From positions 1 to 64,000 of the forward strand of contig NIVC01000063.1 of NCBI GenBank assembly GCA_002269645.1: 64,000 nt of DNA, read 5' to 3'. Shown in pieces: positions 12,051 through 23,720 of the stretch. Made by a program: the position numbers and the translations under genes. The DNA comes from Macrostomum lignano (lineage: Eukaryota). The first letter of the stretch is position 1; every line of letters starts with the position of its first letter. The notes below the pieces were generated by a model. The model was not told where the DNA came from. It saw nothing but the letters and a program-made list of their open reading frames with translations, and did no database searches.

Positions 12051-13118
12051 GTGAGACATTTATGAAACGCAATTCTATTTTGAAAAATATTTTTTTTTAA
12101 ATTGAATAGTCTTTTTCAAGTTACGTCAACAGTGGTATGATACAGACACAGAAGCCGTCTGAAGGCAAACTTCCGTTCTCTGCTTGGTTGCAAGGGAGCG
12201 TTAATATCTTTGTAATCGGCAAATCTTGGATGAAGTCGCTGACAAGATTACTATTGACTGAGTATACAAATGAAAAAGGAGCTGCTGCTGCTGCTGCTGT
12301 TTTTTATCGATCGAATTGAGCAATCACATTAGGCAGTTCGTGGCAGTTTTTTCAAAGCTGACAAAGTCCGAGTCTTCAAGCAATTGCCGACTACAAGCAG
12401 CTCAAACGTGTCATATCGCCTTCCAATGCATAACGATAAAGTACGTTTTCGGTTGAAAGTTTTGCTAGAAAGCTCAATACTCAATTAGAACTGCCTAAAT
12501 TCAGTCTTTGCTCGTACTTCCTAATAAGTATCCTAACTTCTTCCTCCTTTTTCGTTTGTTTTGCTGCTCAATACGGTTGTAAATTTAAGAAGTTCCATAT
12601 TGAGTAGGGAAAGGCTTCGTCAGCCAAAGAGTCTGCTAGGTGAACCCGGGAGCAAACTTGGCAGCTTACTTATCGAGGTGCGGGGTCCATGGTTCACTTT
12701 TTGGAGGTTGGAAACGTGATACGAGCTAAGTAGTGCTTTGGGATTAAGGGATTAATAAAGCAGAGGATAATGACTCCGTGCTACTTTACTAGGCAAGAGT
12801 TTAGGCCTTGTCCTAGCTCCAAATTGAGTGGCAAAGGATGCTGTTTCAGCCTCCTAATTTAACCGGATAAACCAGAACCTGATCGTCAAAAACCTGGACG
12901 ATGAAAAATTTTACAACCTTTTTAAGCCGGAACTTGTTCTTTAAGAATCTATTTCCAGGAGTACAACGTCGTTTGCTTAAGCCTTATTTTTAAAATTGCA
13001 AAAAAGTATTTTCCAAGTGCTTCTGTCTCATAATCCAACACAGCACTGTGCGATCATACTGAACGCACTGCATAACACATCACTCTGTAGCATCTACCTG
13101 AACCTTCACGACACTCAG

Positions 13119-13577
13119 GTGGTGCTTCTGTGCAGCGTTCTCAGTACGCGTCCAATCCGCCCCGTCAAGCAGCTGCTCAACGGCCTCCGATCCGACGCCA
13201 GACCCGTCGTGGAGTTCCAGTGCGACTACTTCTCCAGCAGCCTGTGGATTCCCTACGCGCTCAACCTGCTGCTCATGCTGGTCACGTGCTCGCTGGCCGT
13301 GCGAGTTCGCAGCCTGCCGGACAATTTCCACGACAGCAAGTGCATCCTGGCCTTCACGGCGTGCGCCACCTTCGTGTGGATCGCCTTCATTCCCAGCCTC
13401 GTCACGATGGCCTCGCTGACGTCAGCAGGCGCTCTGCTGATCTTCGTTCTGCTGTTCACCAACCTGTTCGCGGTGAGCATCCTGTTCCTGCCCAAGGTCT
13501 ACGCCGTTGTGTTCGATAAGTCCGACAACGCCAAGCACTACAACAACAGTGTATTGGACGCCACAGGGACACAGTAG
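13119..13577 (+). CDS. Class C GPCR copy B, exon 2 (TM4-TM7, C-tail)
   Basis: Acceptor CTCAG|GTG at 13118/13119. Class C 7TM motifs (QC in ECL2, PYxxxL, RSLPDNFHDSKCI, FLPKVY). TAG at 13575-13577. Confidence 0.93.
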   Translation: MVLLCSVLSTRPIRPVKQLLNGLRSDARPVVEFQCDYFSSSLWIPYALNLLLMLVTCSLAVRVRSLPDNFHDSKCILAFTACATFVWIAFIPSLVTMASLTSAGALLIFVLLFTNLFAVSILFLPKVYAVVFDKSDNAKHYNNSVLDATGTQ

Positions 13578-14786
13578 AAGAAACGCTGGATTGCAATTAA
13601 TGGCTTTGATCTTGCACACTATAGTTATCATATTAACACTTTTAGTTGTCCTTATTATTATTTACTGTTTAAACACTTGAAAGATTAGGTGCGTATTACG
13701 TTAACTGGCGAGTGAAGACTACACTGACATTGCCGTGATGCCAAGATGGTATCAGACGGCTGAATCGAAAGTACTTCTATAGAAACAAGACTCGATGGTT
13801 AGATTCTACTTGTATAATTTGGTGCAGAGTGCCTGTTTAACACAGAAAGTTAACCAGAGAAATGGAAATTTGGATTTCGACACCGAAACCACGCTAACGC
13901 AACCCCATTATATCATTACAAAATCTGCAAGTCACAATCTCTTGGATTATAAGAAAACTATTTTCCGTTATTAGACCCCATATTTAAGGAGACACCACCA
14001 AGGACACACCCTACCCTTTAGTCTCACGCACTTTTGAATTTTCCAGTTAAGTCCTAAATTGTCTGCCCAAAGAGCCTTAAAAACGTCTGGTCCATATACG
14101 ACGTATTGTATGCCTAATAATTTGACATATTATTTAGAGTATTGTATAATCTAAACGACCTAAAAAGCATAAACATAACCGTAATCTAAATCCTAATTCA
14201 TTATCCCTAACATAAACCGTAGGCTAAAACCCAATCTAAACCTTAACCCTAACCTAAATCGTCGGCAGTCAATTGTCGTGCTCCCAATCTACCATTTGCT
14301 ACAAGTGCACAATTTGGTTTGAAAAAACCCGACAGCATATTGGAGCATGCGTTTGCGCACACACACACATGCACAGGATCGAAATGGAAAGTAAATTTCA
14401 TCTTTGTTAAACGCACGAAATTTAGGCATGCACAAGTTGTTAACTGTTCCAAGAATTTTTTTCCTGTTCGATAAGCTTCGAAGTTGATACCGATGCACTT
14501 TAACGCACAAGAACTTTAGCTGACGTCTTTAAATATAAAATGCATCCCCAAGAAGGCATTTCCCGTCGCTAATTCTTTGACTTGGCTGCTTCATTCTCCA
14601 ATATAGTGTTCATTAAGGCAAACTTTTATAGCACATTCAGATCTTTTTTGAGCAATCGAAGCGAATTTATTTCAATGTCAATGTACGTCTTAAAATTTGA
14701 TGGATTGAAATTCGTATGAAATGTAAATTTTGTTATTGCAATTTTAAATTTGAACGTTTCGACAGACACTGTCAGATAATTGTAGG

Positions 14787-16808
14787 TGTTGTAAATGCTG
14801 CGTCGCTCTCTTTCCCCTTGGCTCTGGTTGGCCGATGGGCCAGGCTGGGGTTTAGGGGCGCACGTCTCACCCCGGCCTGACCTACGTTCTGTTCAGTTTT
14901 CTTCTCTGCCCTGTGCCGCGGCGGCTTGTGATTGGCTGTCTGGTGGGGTGGGATTGTGGGAGTGGCTGTCCGCTTGCTGCCCGTCCCCCTGGCCCCTCCC
15001 CCTCTGCTATTTAAAGAGCGCGCCTTGACCCAACCCGTGTTCCAAGGGTCTACGACGTTTGCCTGCGGGACGTTTGCCAGCCGACGTTTGCCAGCCGACG
15101 TTTGCCAGCCGACGTTTGCCTGCCGAAAGTTTACCAGCTAAAATTTGCTAGCCAATTCACGTATAAAGCCAGTCAGTGAAAAATTTGATACTGAAATATT
15201 CGCAGTTTAGCGGTTTGACAAAAACCGTTTTTACTCCAACTTTTTGACGGTTATTTGCATATATACAAGTTCGAAAGCAAAATCTATATAAATTATGCAA
15301 TTTATTAGTCTAACATCTAATATCTAGTTTAATAACGATTTTCTTTGAATGTGAAAATATAGTTTACTTAATTTTTGACAATTGTGTATCCTTTTTTCTA
15401 GTTTGAGATGTTTGATTTTTGATGTGCGAAAGAAGACGCGCAGATTAAAACGGGAATCTCCAGCGATTTAAGATATGAAGCAAACAAAAAGAGCTGCTGA
15501 GCGGTAATTCTGGCTCATATATTTCTCAGTTCATTGGGAGATCTAAAAGTAAGCAAATTGATTCCAATTCTGTTGTATTACTACGCAAGTAAGCCAGGAA
15601 ACCGCGATCTCAACGTTCATGTGTCAGACGAGTCGAATGCGGTACGTTTTTATAGTAAGCTAGCTGAATAGCCAGACAAGCCGCCAGTTGCAAGCTAGTA
15701 GGATAGCAAGCGCTAGACACTTCGTATACAAAGCTTAGTCACGCCAAGGACTACTAAAGTAGAAGGACGCGCAGCACTCGAAATCTATGGAAAATGTTTT
15801 GAAGGCCATAGGGAGATAGGAAGTTTTCATCTTTTCAGCACAACAATTGTTATTGCTTTCATACGAGGCAAACTCATGAATGTTCATCTTTTGATATGTT
15901 TTGCCAAAATCGTTGTTAAACTAGGTATTGCGTTAGACTAATGAACTGCATAGTTTATATAGATTTTGCTTTCGAACTTGTATATATGCAAATAACCGTC
16001 AAAAAGTTTGAGCAAAAACGGTTTTTGTCAAACCGCTAAACTGCGAATATTTCAGTATCAAATTTTTCACTGACTGGCTTTATATTGGCTAGCAAATTAC
16101 AGCTGGCAAACTTCCAGCAGGCAAACATCGGCTGGCAAATGTCGGCTGGCAAACGTCCCGCAGGCAAACGTCGGCTGGCAAACGTCGGCTGGCAAATGTC
16201 GGCTGGCAAACTTCGGCTGGCAAACGTCCCGCAGGCAAACGTCGGCTGGCAAACGTCGGCTGGCAAACGTCCCGCAGGCAAACGTCGGCTGGCAAACGTC
16301 CCGCCGGCAAACGTCGGCTGGCAAACTTCGGCTGGCAAACGTCCCGCAGGCAAACGTCGGCTGGCAAACGTCGGCTGGCAAACGTCGGCTGGCAAACGTC
16401 CCGCAGGCAAACGTCGGCTGGCAAACGTCCCGCAGGCAAACGTCGGCTGGCAAACGTCCCGCAGGCAAACGTCGCTATCCCTGTTCCAAACCACCTGCTC
16501 TCGTGTGGCCGTGCGAAAACAGTGCAACTCAGTTTAATACTTCACACATCGTGGCCAGTAGACCGCGGTCTGTTGCGCACTTCTGTTGTGACCAAAGTTT
16601 TGTGTGCAAATAGTACGAGTTCTCTTTCTCTTTGGGGCACCTGTGAACTCTCGCAGTAGTGGTACCAGCCCGTTGCGGCGGTGCTAGGCTCGGGAAGCGC
16701 TGCGAACTTGAATAGCATCGAGCGTTTCCTCTTCGGCGGCGCTTAGGCCCCTATACCCCACGCAGCTGCTTGCGTGTCTCTCTGGGCCGTTACCTGGGGG
16801 ATACAACA
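14787..16808 (+). mobile_element. Probable solo LTR (~580 bp) interrupted by a foldback element
   Basis: TGTTGTA...TACAACA termini, reverse CCAAT at 14930, TATTTAAA at 15008. Flanking 5-mers GTAGG/ATAGT match only 3 of 5. Confidence 0.55.
15046..16481. mobile_element. Non-autonomous foldback/MULE-like DNA transposon
   Basis: GGG...CCC ends; perfect 8-bp TSD TGTTCCAA (15038-15045 and 16482-16489); ~290-bp inverted arms carrying tandem CCAGCCGACGTTTG subrepeats, expanded on the right arm. Confidence 0.85.
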
Positions 16809-16944
16809 ATAGTTCTATGGCAGAGATACTATTAGATGCTTGAATCTATTGGATACTCGCATCTACTGTAGATAGCTAAATCTTTAGACGTCAGTCAATT
16901 GGATTGCATGGGTTGTGCATCGCTTCCGACATTACTGGCCCTAT

Positions 16945-17743
16945 CAGGGACAACTAAAACCCTCGGGACGCGAAACGAGCCAATTCATGGCAAAAAATCT
17001 GAGGGGCTCGCTTAAAAGTATTGTTCTATGGCTTTTTCAAGTCTTCTCTGCTATCAAGCAAATTAAAATTGCTTTAGTTGCGGCCAGCAGTGAAGCTAAG
17101 CTGAACTAAATCAAGAGAAGCATTTTTTATTCACTTGATGAAATGCCAAGAAAGTGCAGCGTATTTCCGTGCTCGTCAAATTACAACTCTGAAGCCGTTC
17201 GAAGCAGGTACAGGAGAAGTTGGCACAGAAACCGACGCAGCCGATGTGATCCAGTCAGTTTTTGCTAGTCTATCAGGAGCTCAGCGAAACTGCGTAATTA
17301 TGTTTGACGAAATGTACATACAACCGTCCGTTCGATATCGATGCCGTCACCTTCTGGGTCGAGCCGTCGACGATCCGGACCAGGTTCCTTTATGTACGAG
17401 CTACTGACTGTTTGTGTCGTCTTGTCCTTGGAGTTCCGTATTTGCTTCTATCTCCTTGCCGTTGGAGTTTCATCTTCGCTTTCATCCTTTATCTTCTTGC
17501 CGTTGGAGTTTTTTTGTTGATATGGCGGTTACTTTATTGTAGATACATTGTAATTATATCACTGGTTCCTATTCTTTAAATTAAATACTCGACATTGCCT
17601 CGCTTTACTATTTAATCTAACCGTTAATGCCTGATAGCAGAGAAGACTTAAAAAAGCCATAGAACAATACTTTTAAGCGAGCCCCTAAGATTTTTTGCCA
17701 TGAATTGGCTCGTTTCGCGTCCCGAGGGTTTTAGTTGTCCCTG
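16945..17743 (+). mobile_element. Internally deleted P-element/THAP9-like transposon
   Basis: ~115-bp near-perfect TIRs (CAGGGACAACTAAAACCC...); direct repeat TGGCCCTAT on both flanks; THAP start MPRKCSVFPCSSNY at 17143; catalytic-region motif CVIMFDEMYIQPSVRY in ORF 17135..17407. Confidence 0.85.
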
Positions 17744-18227
17744 TGGCCCTATACTTTTATGAGACTTTCACGAAAAGACGCGTAATTTCCTCTATTTCCC
17801 TTACATATATTGTAATTAATTAAATAAGCTGTTTACACCATGGGTTACTGCGAGGAGCTTTATTTATTTGTAAGAAAAATTTACAGTGTACTTGCGATAA
17901 CTGTATGAGAAACTGCAGGGACCTTTGCTTGACACAGATATACCTATATAACGACATGTGGGTTAATGATAATGTAATTGACAGATCCAGATAAAGGCTT
18001 TTCTGGTGTTAAGAAATTATTTTATTGCCCAAACACTTCAGTGAAAATACTGATGTTTGCAACAATAAGTACAAGCGGCTGTAAGCGATAGCTTACTGAT
18101 AGTAAAGCTATTTGAGCATGGCGCGAATTCCTCACATGGTGGACTAGAAAATGTCGCCATGTGCAAGGGCGCATAAATAGCAGTTCCACTCAGCTGGCTA
18201 GAGGTGGAGCCGACCTCGTGTGGCTAT

Positions 18228-18270
18228 GACTGACTGACGAGGGCAAAAAAGCCCGAAACCGGTCTCAGTC
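18228..18270 (+). ncRNA. Minimal type I hammerhead ribozyme
   Basis: Stem I GACTGA/TCAGTC, core CTGACGA, stem II GGGC-AAAAAA-GCCC, GAAA, palindromic ACCGGT stem III, GTC cleavage triplet (cut after 18264). All conserved core nucleotides are present. Confidence 0.85.
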
Positions 18271-19939
18271 TGCCCCGCATGGTTCGATTCCCACTTTTAG
18301 CCGCTGATAGCGGCATTTCAGTAAACGGTTCTGAATATTCAGATTCAGTTGCATTGTTCTACTCTTAGTAGTCAGGTCAATTCACTACTGGAGACTACCA
18401 GACGTGAAAGAAAATCATAGTTGAATAAATCAGTGACATTGAATCAGTGCCCCAACATGGATTTAAGTTCAAAGTTTGATTTTCTCTTTTTTCGTGTCTA
18501 ACAACGAAATTACATTTATTAGTCTGTCGTGGATCTGAACTGAAAAGCAAGCAGATCGAGAATTGGCATCGAGTGTAGCTTCAATAGCATTTTTAATCCT
18601 GACAGCCCAAGAAATCCGATGTCTCTAAGAAGGTTTTCGCATAGCAAATAGCAATTAGTGAATCGCTCTTTGATGCAATTCTGTTTCTAAGTCAAACTTA
18701 TGCATGTTATGGAGGTCGCTGCGTTTACCTGGCTTCAAGTTAAAGAAAGCCAAACAAGTTTCAGAAGTGTCAAACAATCAATTTATCGCTCAGCAAATTC
18801 CTATTCAGATTTTCAAAGCTTTTCTCTTGCTGCTTTTCCAATAAAATCGTAGATAAAATCGTAAAATCTACGATTTTATTCTTTGTGCTTGGCCAAATGG
18901 AAGGTGCACTAGTGCACAGCGTTTGGTTCGTCAGTAGCTTTTGGGGGCTTAGTCAATGGAATGGAGCCCGAATTACTAGACTCCATCTTCAAGATTTGAA
19001 GCTTCGAGTTGAGTTTTGTCGAGCAGTTAGTTAAGTAATACCGAAAAATGCGAAATTTCACTTCAAAGTAATCAATTTCGCTTTACAATAGCACTTTTTA
19101 TCATTAAAATATAATTTAGACTCTAGTAATACCTACCTACCTACCTACAAACCATTTTTAGTATATGGATCATTCCTGAAATCATCAATTTAACACATTC
19201 ATTTACCGTTCCGCTTCGTTTTTGCTTTTAGAAATTCGAGAGTCTTCTTAACATTTTTCTAAGAAAATGAAGGAACTTATCAGAACGAGTTAAAATATGT
19301 TACGTTAATGCATTGCCTTGCAAAATATAGAATGCATAGCTACAGACAACCATACATTTGCACAATAAATTGTATAGTAAATTTAAATAAATACGCAAGT
19401 TACGGAATGACATCGTAATCACCGGCTTTGAATAAAAACTGACGTGAATTGCGCTGCTCTAAAAAGCTTCGACATGACTAAAAACTGACTCCACCCTCTC
19501 TAAACAGCATAGTGCTTAATGGAGAAAACAGCAGCAAATATATGCTTCTGCTGTCTGAATCATAAATGTAACAAGTCGACTCAGGTCGGGACAAGGCTCC
19601 ACTATCTCAGATTAACTCGACTCGAAACTCGTCAAGTATACGATTAGCAATGCCGCGACCCCCTTTTCCAGGTCACTTCCTGGAGCTCCTATTGCTTCTA
19701 GTTCACTTCTCTGGCTCCATTTAGTAGCTTAAATTGACATCCATTTGCTAGTTTAAAGGTCTCTTCAGTAGCTTATCAAGCATAACGCATGCTTGCTGAT
19801 CCTTTGCTATTGGTCTAATGTTGTGGATACCATGCAACCTCTAATATTTAATAGTTATTGAGGGCTTTTTGCAAATGAAATATGCAGAAAGGGGAAATAG
19901 GGGAACCCCATCCTCGTCCCCGTAGACGCATTCTGGTGC

Positions 19940-20660
19940 CAGACAAGACGGCCAGCAGAACGACACTTCAAATTCTACGATCGATCTTTTCAAGACAAGG
20001 CGTGCCCAGAACCCATGGTGTCAGACAACGCATCGGAGTTCTGCGACGGCGAGCTTCAGCAGCGGCTACGGGGCATTGAGTGTAACCTGGGGCACTGTTC
20101 ATCGTACCATCCTCAGTTCAACGGCTGCTCAGAGTGCATGGTCAGACTACTTCTCAAAGTGCATGGTGCACCGCGGCTCCTTAGAGGCCAACCTGGCCAA
20201 GTTGCTGCTCAACTACCGGTCGATGGCACGGTGGGACGGCCGAGGCAGTCCATCAGCGCTAAAAATGGGCCGACAGCTGAGGAGCCCTCTGACCATGACA
20301 TTCGAGACCGACGCACCGATAATTTACGCTCGTATCAGCCTGTCTCCGGTGCATCTACCGAGATAGCCATGTTTCGGCGTTCAGGCAGGCAGTAACACGG
20401 CTGCAGTGGTCATTCGAGACAACAACCGGTCGGTGCTCGCCCATCGAGACCAAAGCTTCCAGCGGACACGGCGTCCACGCCCCTCCAGCAGCAAGGGACC
20501 GGAGGCGAAATGGAGCAGGCGGCTGGAGAGACTGCTGATGAGTCCGAGTCCGAGAGCTCGACCGCAAGAACTCAGGAGACCAACGCACCTTCCGAGACGT
20601 TGCGAGCGCTGCAACAAAAGAGTCCATCCCCAGCGGCTTACGCCTCAGTGGTGAGGCGGA
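19940..20660 (+). mobile_element. Ty3/Gypsy integrase remnant ending in a polypurine tract
   Basis: Fragments TTLQILRSIFSRQGVP, MVSDNASEF, YHPQFNGCSECMV and LLNYRS...SPSALKMGRQLRSPL; purine-rich GGTGAGGCGGA directly before TGT at 20661. Confidence 0.8.
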
Positions 20661-20888
20661 TGTGGCGCCGCTGGGTTGCGTCACTTTTGATGAGCTAACG
20701 ATCTACGCATTTCTATTACTGACTGGCTCTATGAGTTTAATGTACAAGTACTGTACTCAGCATGGAGGCCTGCCACGAATGCCGCCTATTGCACTTAAAT
20801 AAGATTTTGTTTTGTTACAATATAAATGCATGTTTATGAGACTTGACGGTTAACAAGTCGTGAATATTAACCGAACTACGGCACGACA
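20661..20888 (+). mobile_element. Possible 3' LTR of the Gypsy remnant
   Basis: Starts TGTGGCG right after the PPT-like tract and ends CACGACA. The right boundary is uncertain. Confidence 0.4.
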
Positions 20889-21494
20889 CTATCAATTGCA
20901 GCATCTACAGATTCTCAAACAGGCTCTTTATGCCTACTGTCAATCGCTATAGGCCCCTAAACTGTGAGCTTAAAATATATTTTTTTAAGTTATGCACAGT
21001 GCAAACTAAGCTTAATTTGGTTTAGCCAACTAAAACGTTCGGGTAAAGCCTCAGGTAAATCTAGACGTAGCTACGAGCGAATGTTTCACCAACGTACCGA
21101 CCTACAACTTTGTCGGTCATTCGTAAAATATTTACCTCTGTCTCGGTGCCTCGGCGGAGAATATCACAGTCAAGTGGCTTTCTGAAGATCACTAGCATCT
21201 CCAAAAAATGCACTTTTATCAAAAACATTTTTATCGATAGCTAATTCGTAGCTGGATGTGAAAAAATGTTTTTAGCGCCGATTGGTTAAGCAATCAAGCT
21301 TCTCTATGCCACTCATGGCCAATTGAATTCACAAAACCAAATTGGCTGGAGCCCCTTTTACTCAGGATGAAAACTTCGTTTTGATTCTGCTTAGAAGCTG
21401 TCAGCATTTGTCATTCTGAAGAAAAAAATTGAAAACAGAAGCTCACATAATATTTGACGAGCTGAGAGTCAATTTCGATCGGATAGTTATAACT

Positions 21495-23567
21495 ATGCAA
21501 GTACAACAGATAATTGCAATTGTTCTAATGACTCAGACTCCAGCATCATCGTTTATTAAAGTCGCAGCTGCACAGCCAAGGACAAATAGCTACTGTGTGG
21601 CTGGAGACTTCACACTAGCAATGCTGCACAGTACCAGCTACTGTAGAAATAGTCTCAAAGAGGAGGAATTCCTGCGACAGTTGGTGCCTCGCTTCGTGCT
21701 CGAGAAAGTGGCAGCGAAGCCGGGCACAATATTCAGCCAGAGTGAAAACTTCACTTTAGGAGTCGTTTTTCTCGACACCTGCTACTCCGAGGCTAAAGGT
21801 GCCGCTGCTGCGAGTCGAGTTCGAGCTGCTTGGAGACGTCCGGCTCTGTTGGAAACTGGAGACCGGTGCAGTATGCTCAATGGCATCGATCCCGACCCGG
21901 TGTATTTGGTGCACGGTGTCGTTGGCGGCTGGTCCAGCACCGTCACTCAGACTTTGTTATTCCCATTGCAGAACGAAGCTCTGCCCACAGTCGGAACCGA
22001 GTGCAGCAGCGACTCGCTCAGCGATCGAGTTCGGTTTCCCAACTTTGTACGACTGGTGAGTCCGGACTCATATCAAGCGATGGTGATCATCGACCTGCTC
22101 CGCGAGTTCAACTGGACGTACATCGGTCTGCTCTACGATCCAGGAAGTGTCTACAACACAAACATAGTAACGCAGCTAACCTCAATTCTGCCAACTCGAT
22201 TCCCCCTTGCCTGTCTAGCCTTTCTAATGCCACTGACAAGTGCAAATGTAGCAGCAGCTATAATAGAACAATATCAAACCCAACCAAATTTACGAGCACT
22301 GATTTGGCTAAAAAGTATCGACAATAATTTGGAGACTATTCAACTTCTTCAAGCATTGGGAAAAGCTGGCGTGTATCTCATTATGGTTGATGGGAACTAC
22401 AATAAAAATATCTATACAAACAACTCATTAACCGTCTACTTCAATATGTTCCCAACACCCGACTTGATGCAGTGGTACCTGAACCTTACCTACTCTGACC
22501 TCTCTAAGATGTACAACGGTGCAATCATGTTTGATCAGCTGATGAACTGCTCAACGTGTGCCTGTTGCACTACGAACTCGTCTCGTCGAGTGTCCGAGTC
22601 GAGCAGCTTCACCCCGTCCAGCATTGTCGCTCCAGTCGCTCGGATGCTGGACGCGTTTCTCTTGTTCGCCCACGCGATCGACGCGGTGGCCAGGTCGGAG
22701 TGCGCGACCAGCCTGGAGCCGAGGCTGAACAAGTCGGCGCTGCTGCAGTGCGTGACCGGACCGCTGCTGCTGAGGCAGCTGTACCGAACGAACTTCACCG
22801 GCTACACGGGAGAGGTGAAACTCGACAGCAATGGAAACGGTCCCGCTTCCTATGTTGTGCTCTACCAGAGCAGCAAACAGGTGAGCTCGAGAGTGACTGT
22901 CGGTGTGTGGAGCTCTGAGCACGGTCTCAGCATGAATCGAAGCCTGATCTCGTGGCCTGGAGACGCGACTGACCAACGCTCGGTACCAACAAGTGTGTGC
23001 TCTCTACCGTGCGGCAATCGCGAGTACCGAGTGCAGGTGAGCAAGTGCTGCTGGGTGTGCAGACCGTGCAGCTCCGACGAGATCGTAGGGTCGAACGGTA
23101 CGTTGTGCGAGAAGTGCGCCTCGCTTACCTGGCCGAGCTCGAACTACTCTCGCTGCGAGCCGCTCGCGCTGACCGTCCTCCGACCGAGTGACACTAGCGG
23201 CGTCGTGTTCATCGGCGTGTCGGCGCTCGGCTCTGCGGTCACCATGGCGACCGGAGTGTTCTTCTTGGCCAGGTCGAACGTGCCGCTGCTGAAGGCGTCC
23301 TCGCTAGAGCTGAGCGTGTTCCAACAGGTCGGCATCCAGCTCGGACTCGTCGACGTGGCGCTGTTCTTCGGCGAGCCGTCGCTCACCGTGTGCAACGTGC
23401 AGGCGTTTCTGTACCACTTCAGCCTCACGATGGTGTACGCGGCTCTGCTGACCAAGAGCGCTCGGATCTACCGCGTGTTCGTGGGCTCCATGCGCGGCAC
23501 ATCTGGACTGAAATTCACAGGGCGGAGGGCCGTAATAGTCATGACAATTGCAGTTTGTATGTTGCAG
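21495..23567 (+). CDS. Class C GPCR copy C, exon 1 (842 aa when spliced)
   Basis: First ATG in ORF 21429..23675 is at 21495; same domain order as copy B; phase-0 donor CAG|GTAACT at 23567/23568. Confidence 0.93.
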
Positions 23568-23720
23568 GTAACTCGTTCTTGGTTTTTTTGCTTCAGAAGA
23601 ACTCCCGCATTTTTTCGTATTTTACTTTTCCTATGTTACTCTAAAGCTGAAGTTTACCTAGAAAATATATTGTAAATAAGGGTTATTTAATATTCAATAT
23701 TGGACGATCCATCTCTTCAG

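Noticed and set aside
11018-12059. Antisense and alternate-frame ORFs repeated over all three GPCR copies
   Set aside because: Shadows of GC-rich coding sequence; their conservation simply follows the shared tracts.
14160-14260. Degenerate TAACCC telomere-like tract
   Set aside because: Too short and degenerate; more likely a transposon subterminal repeat, and I could not define its ends.
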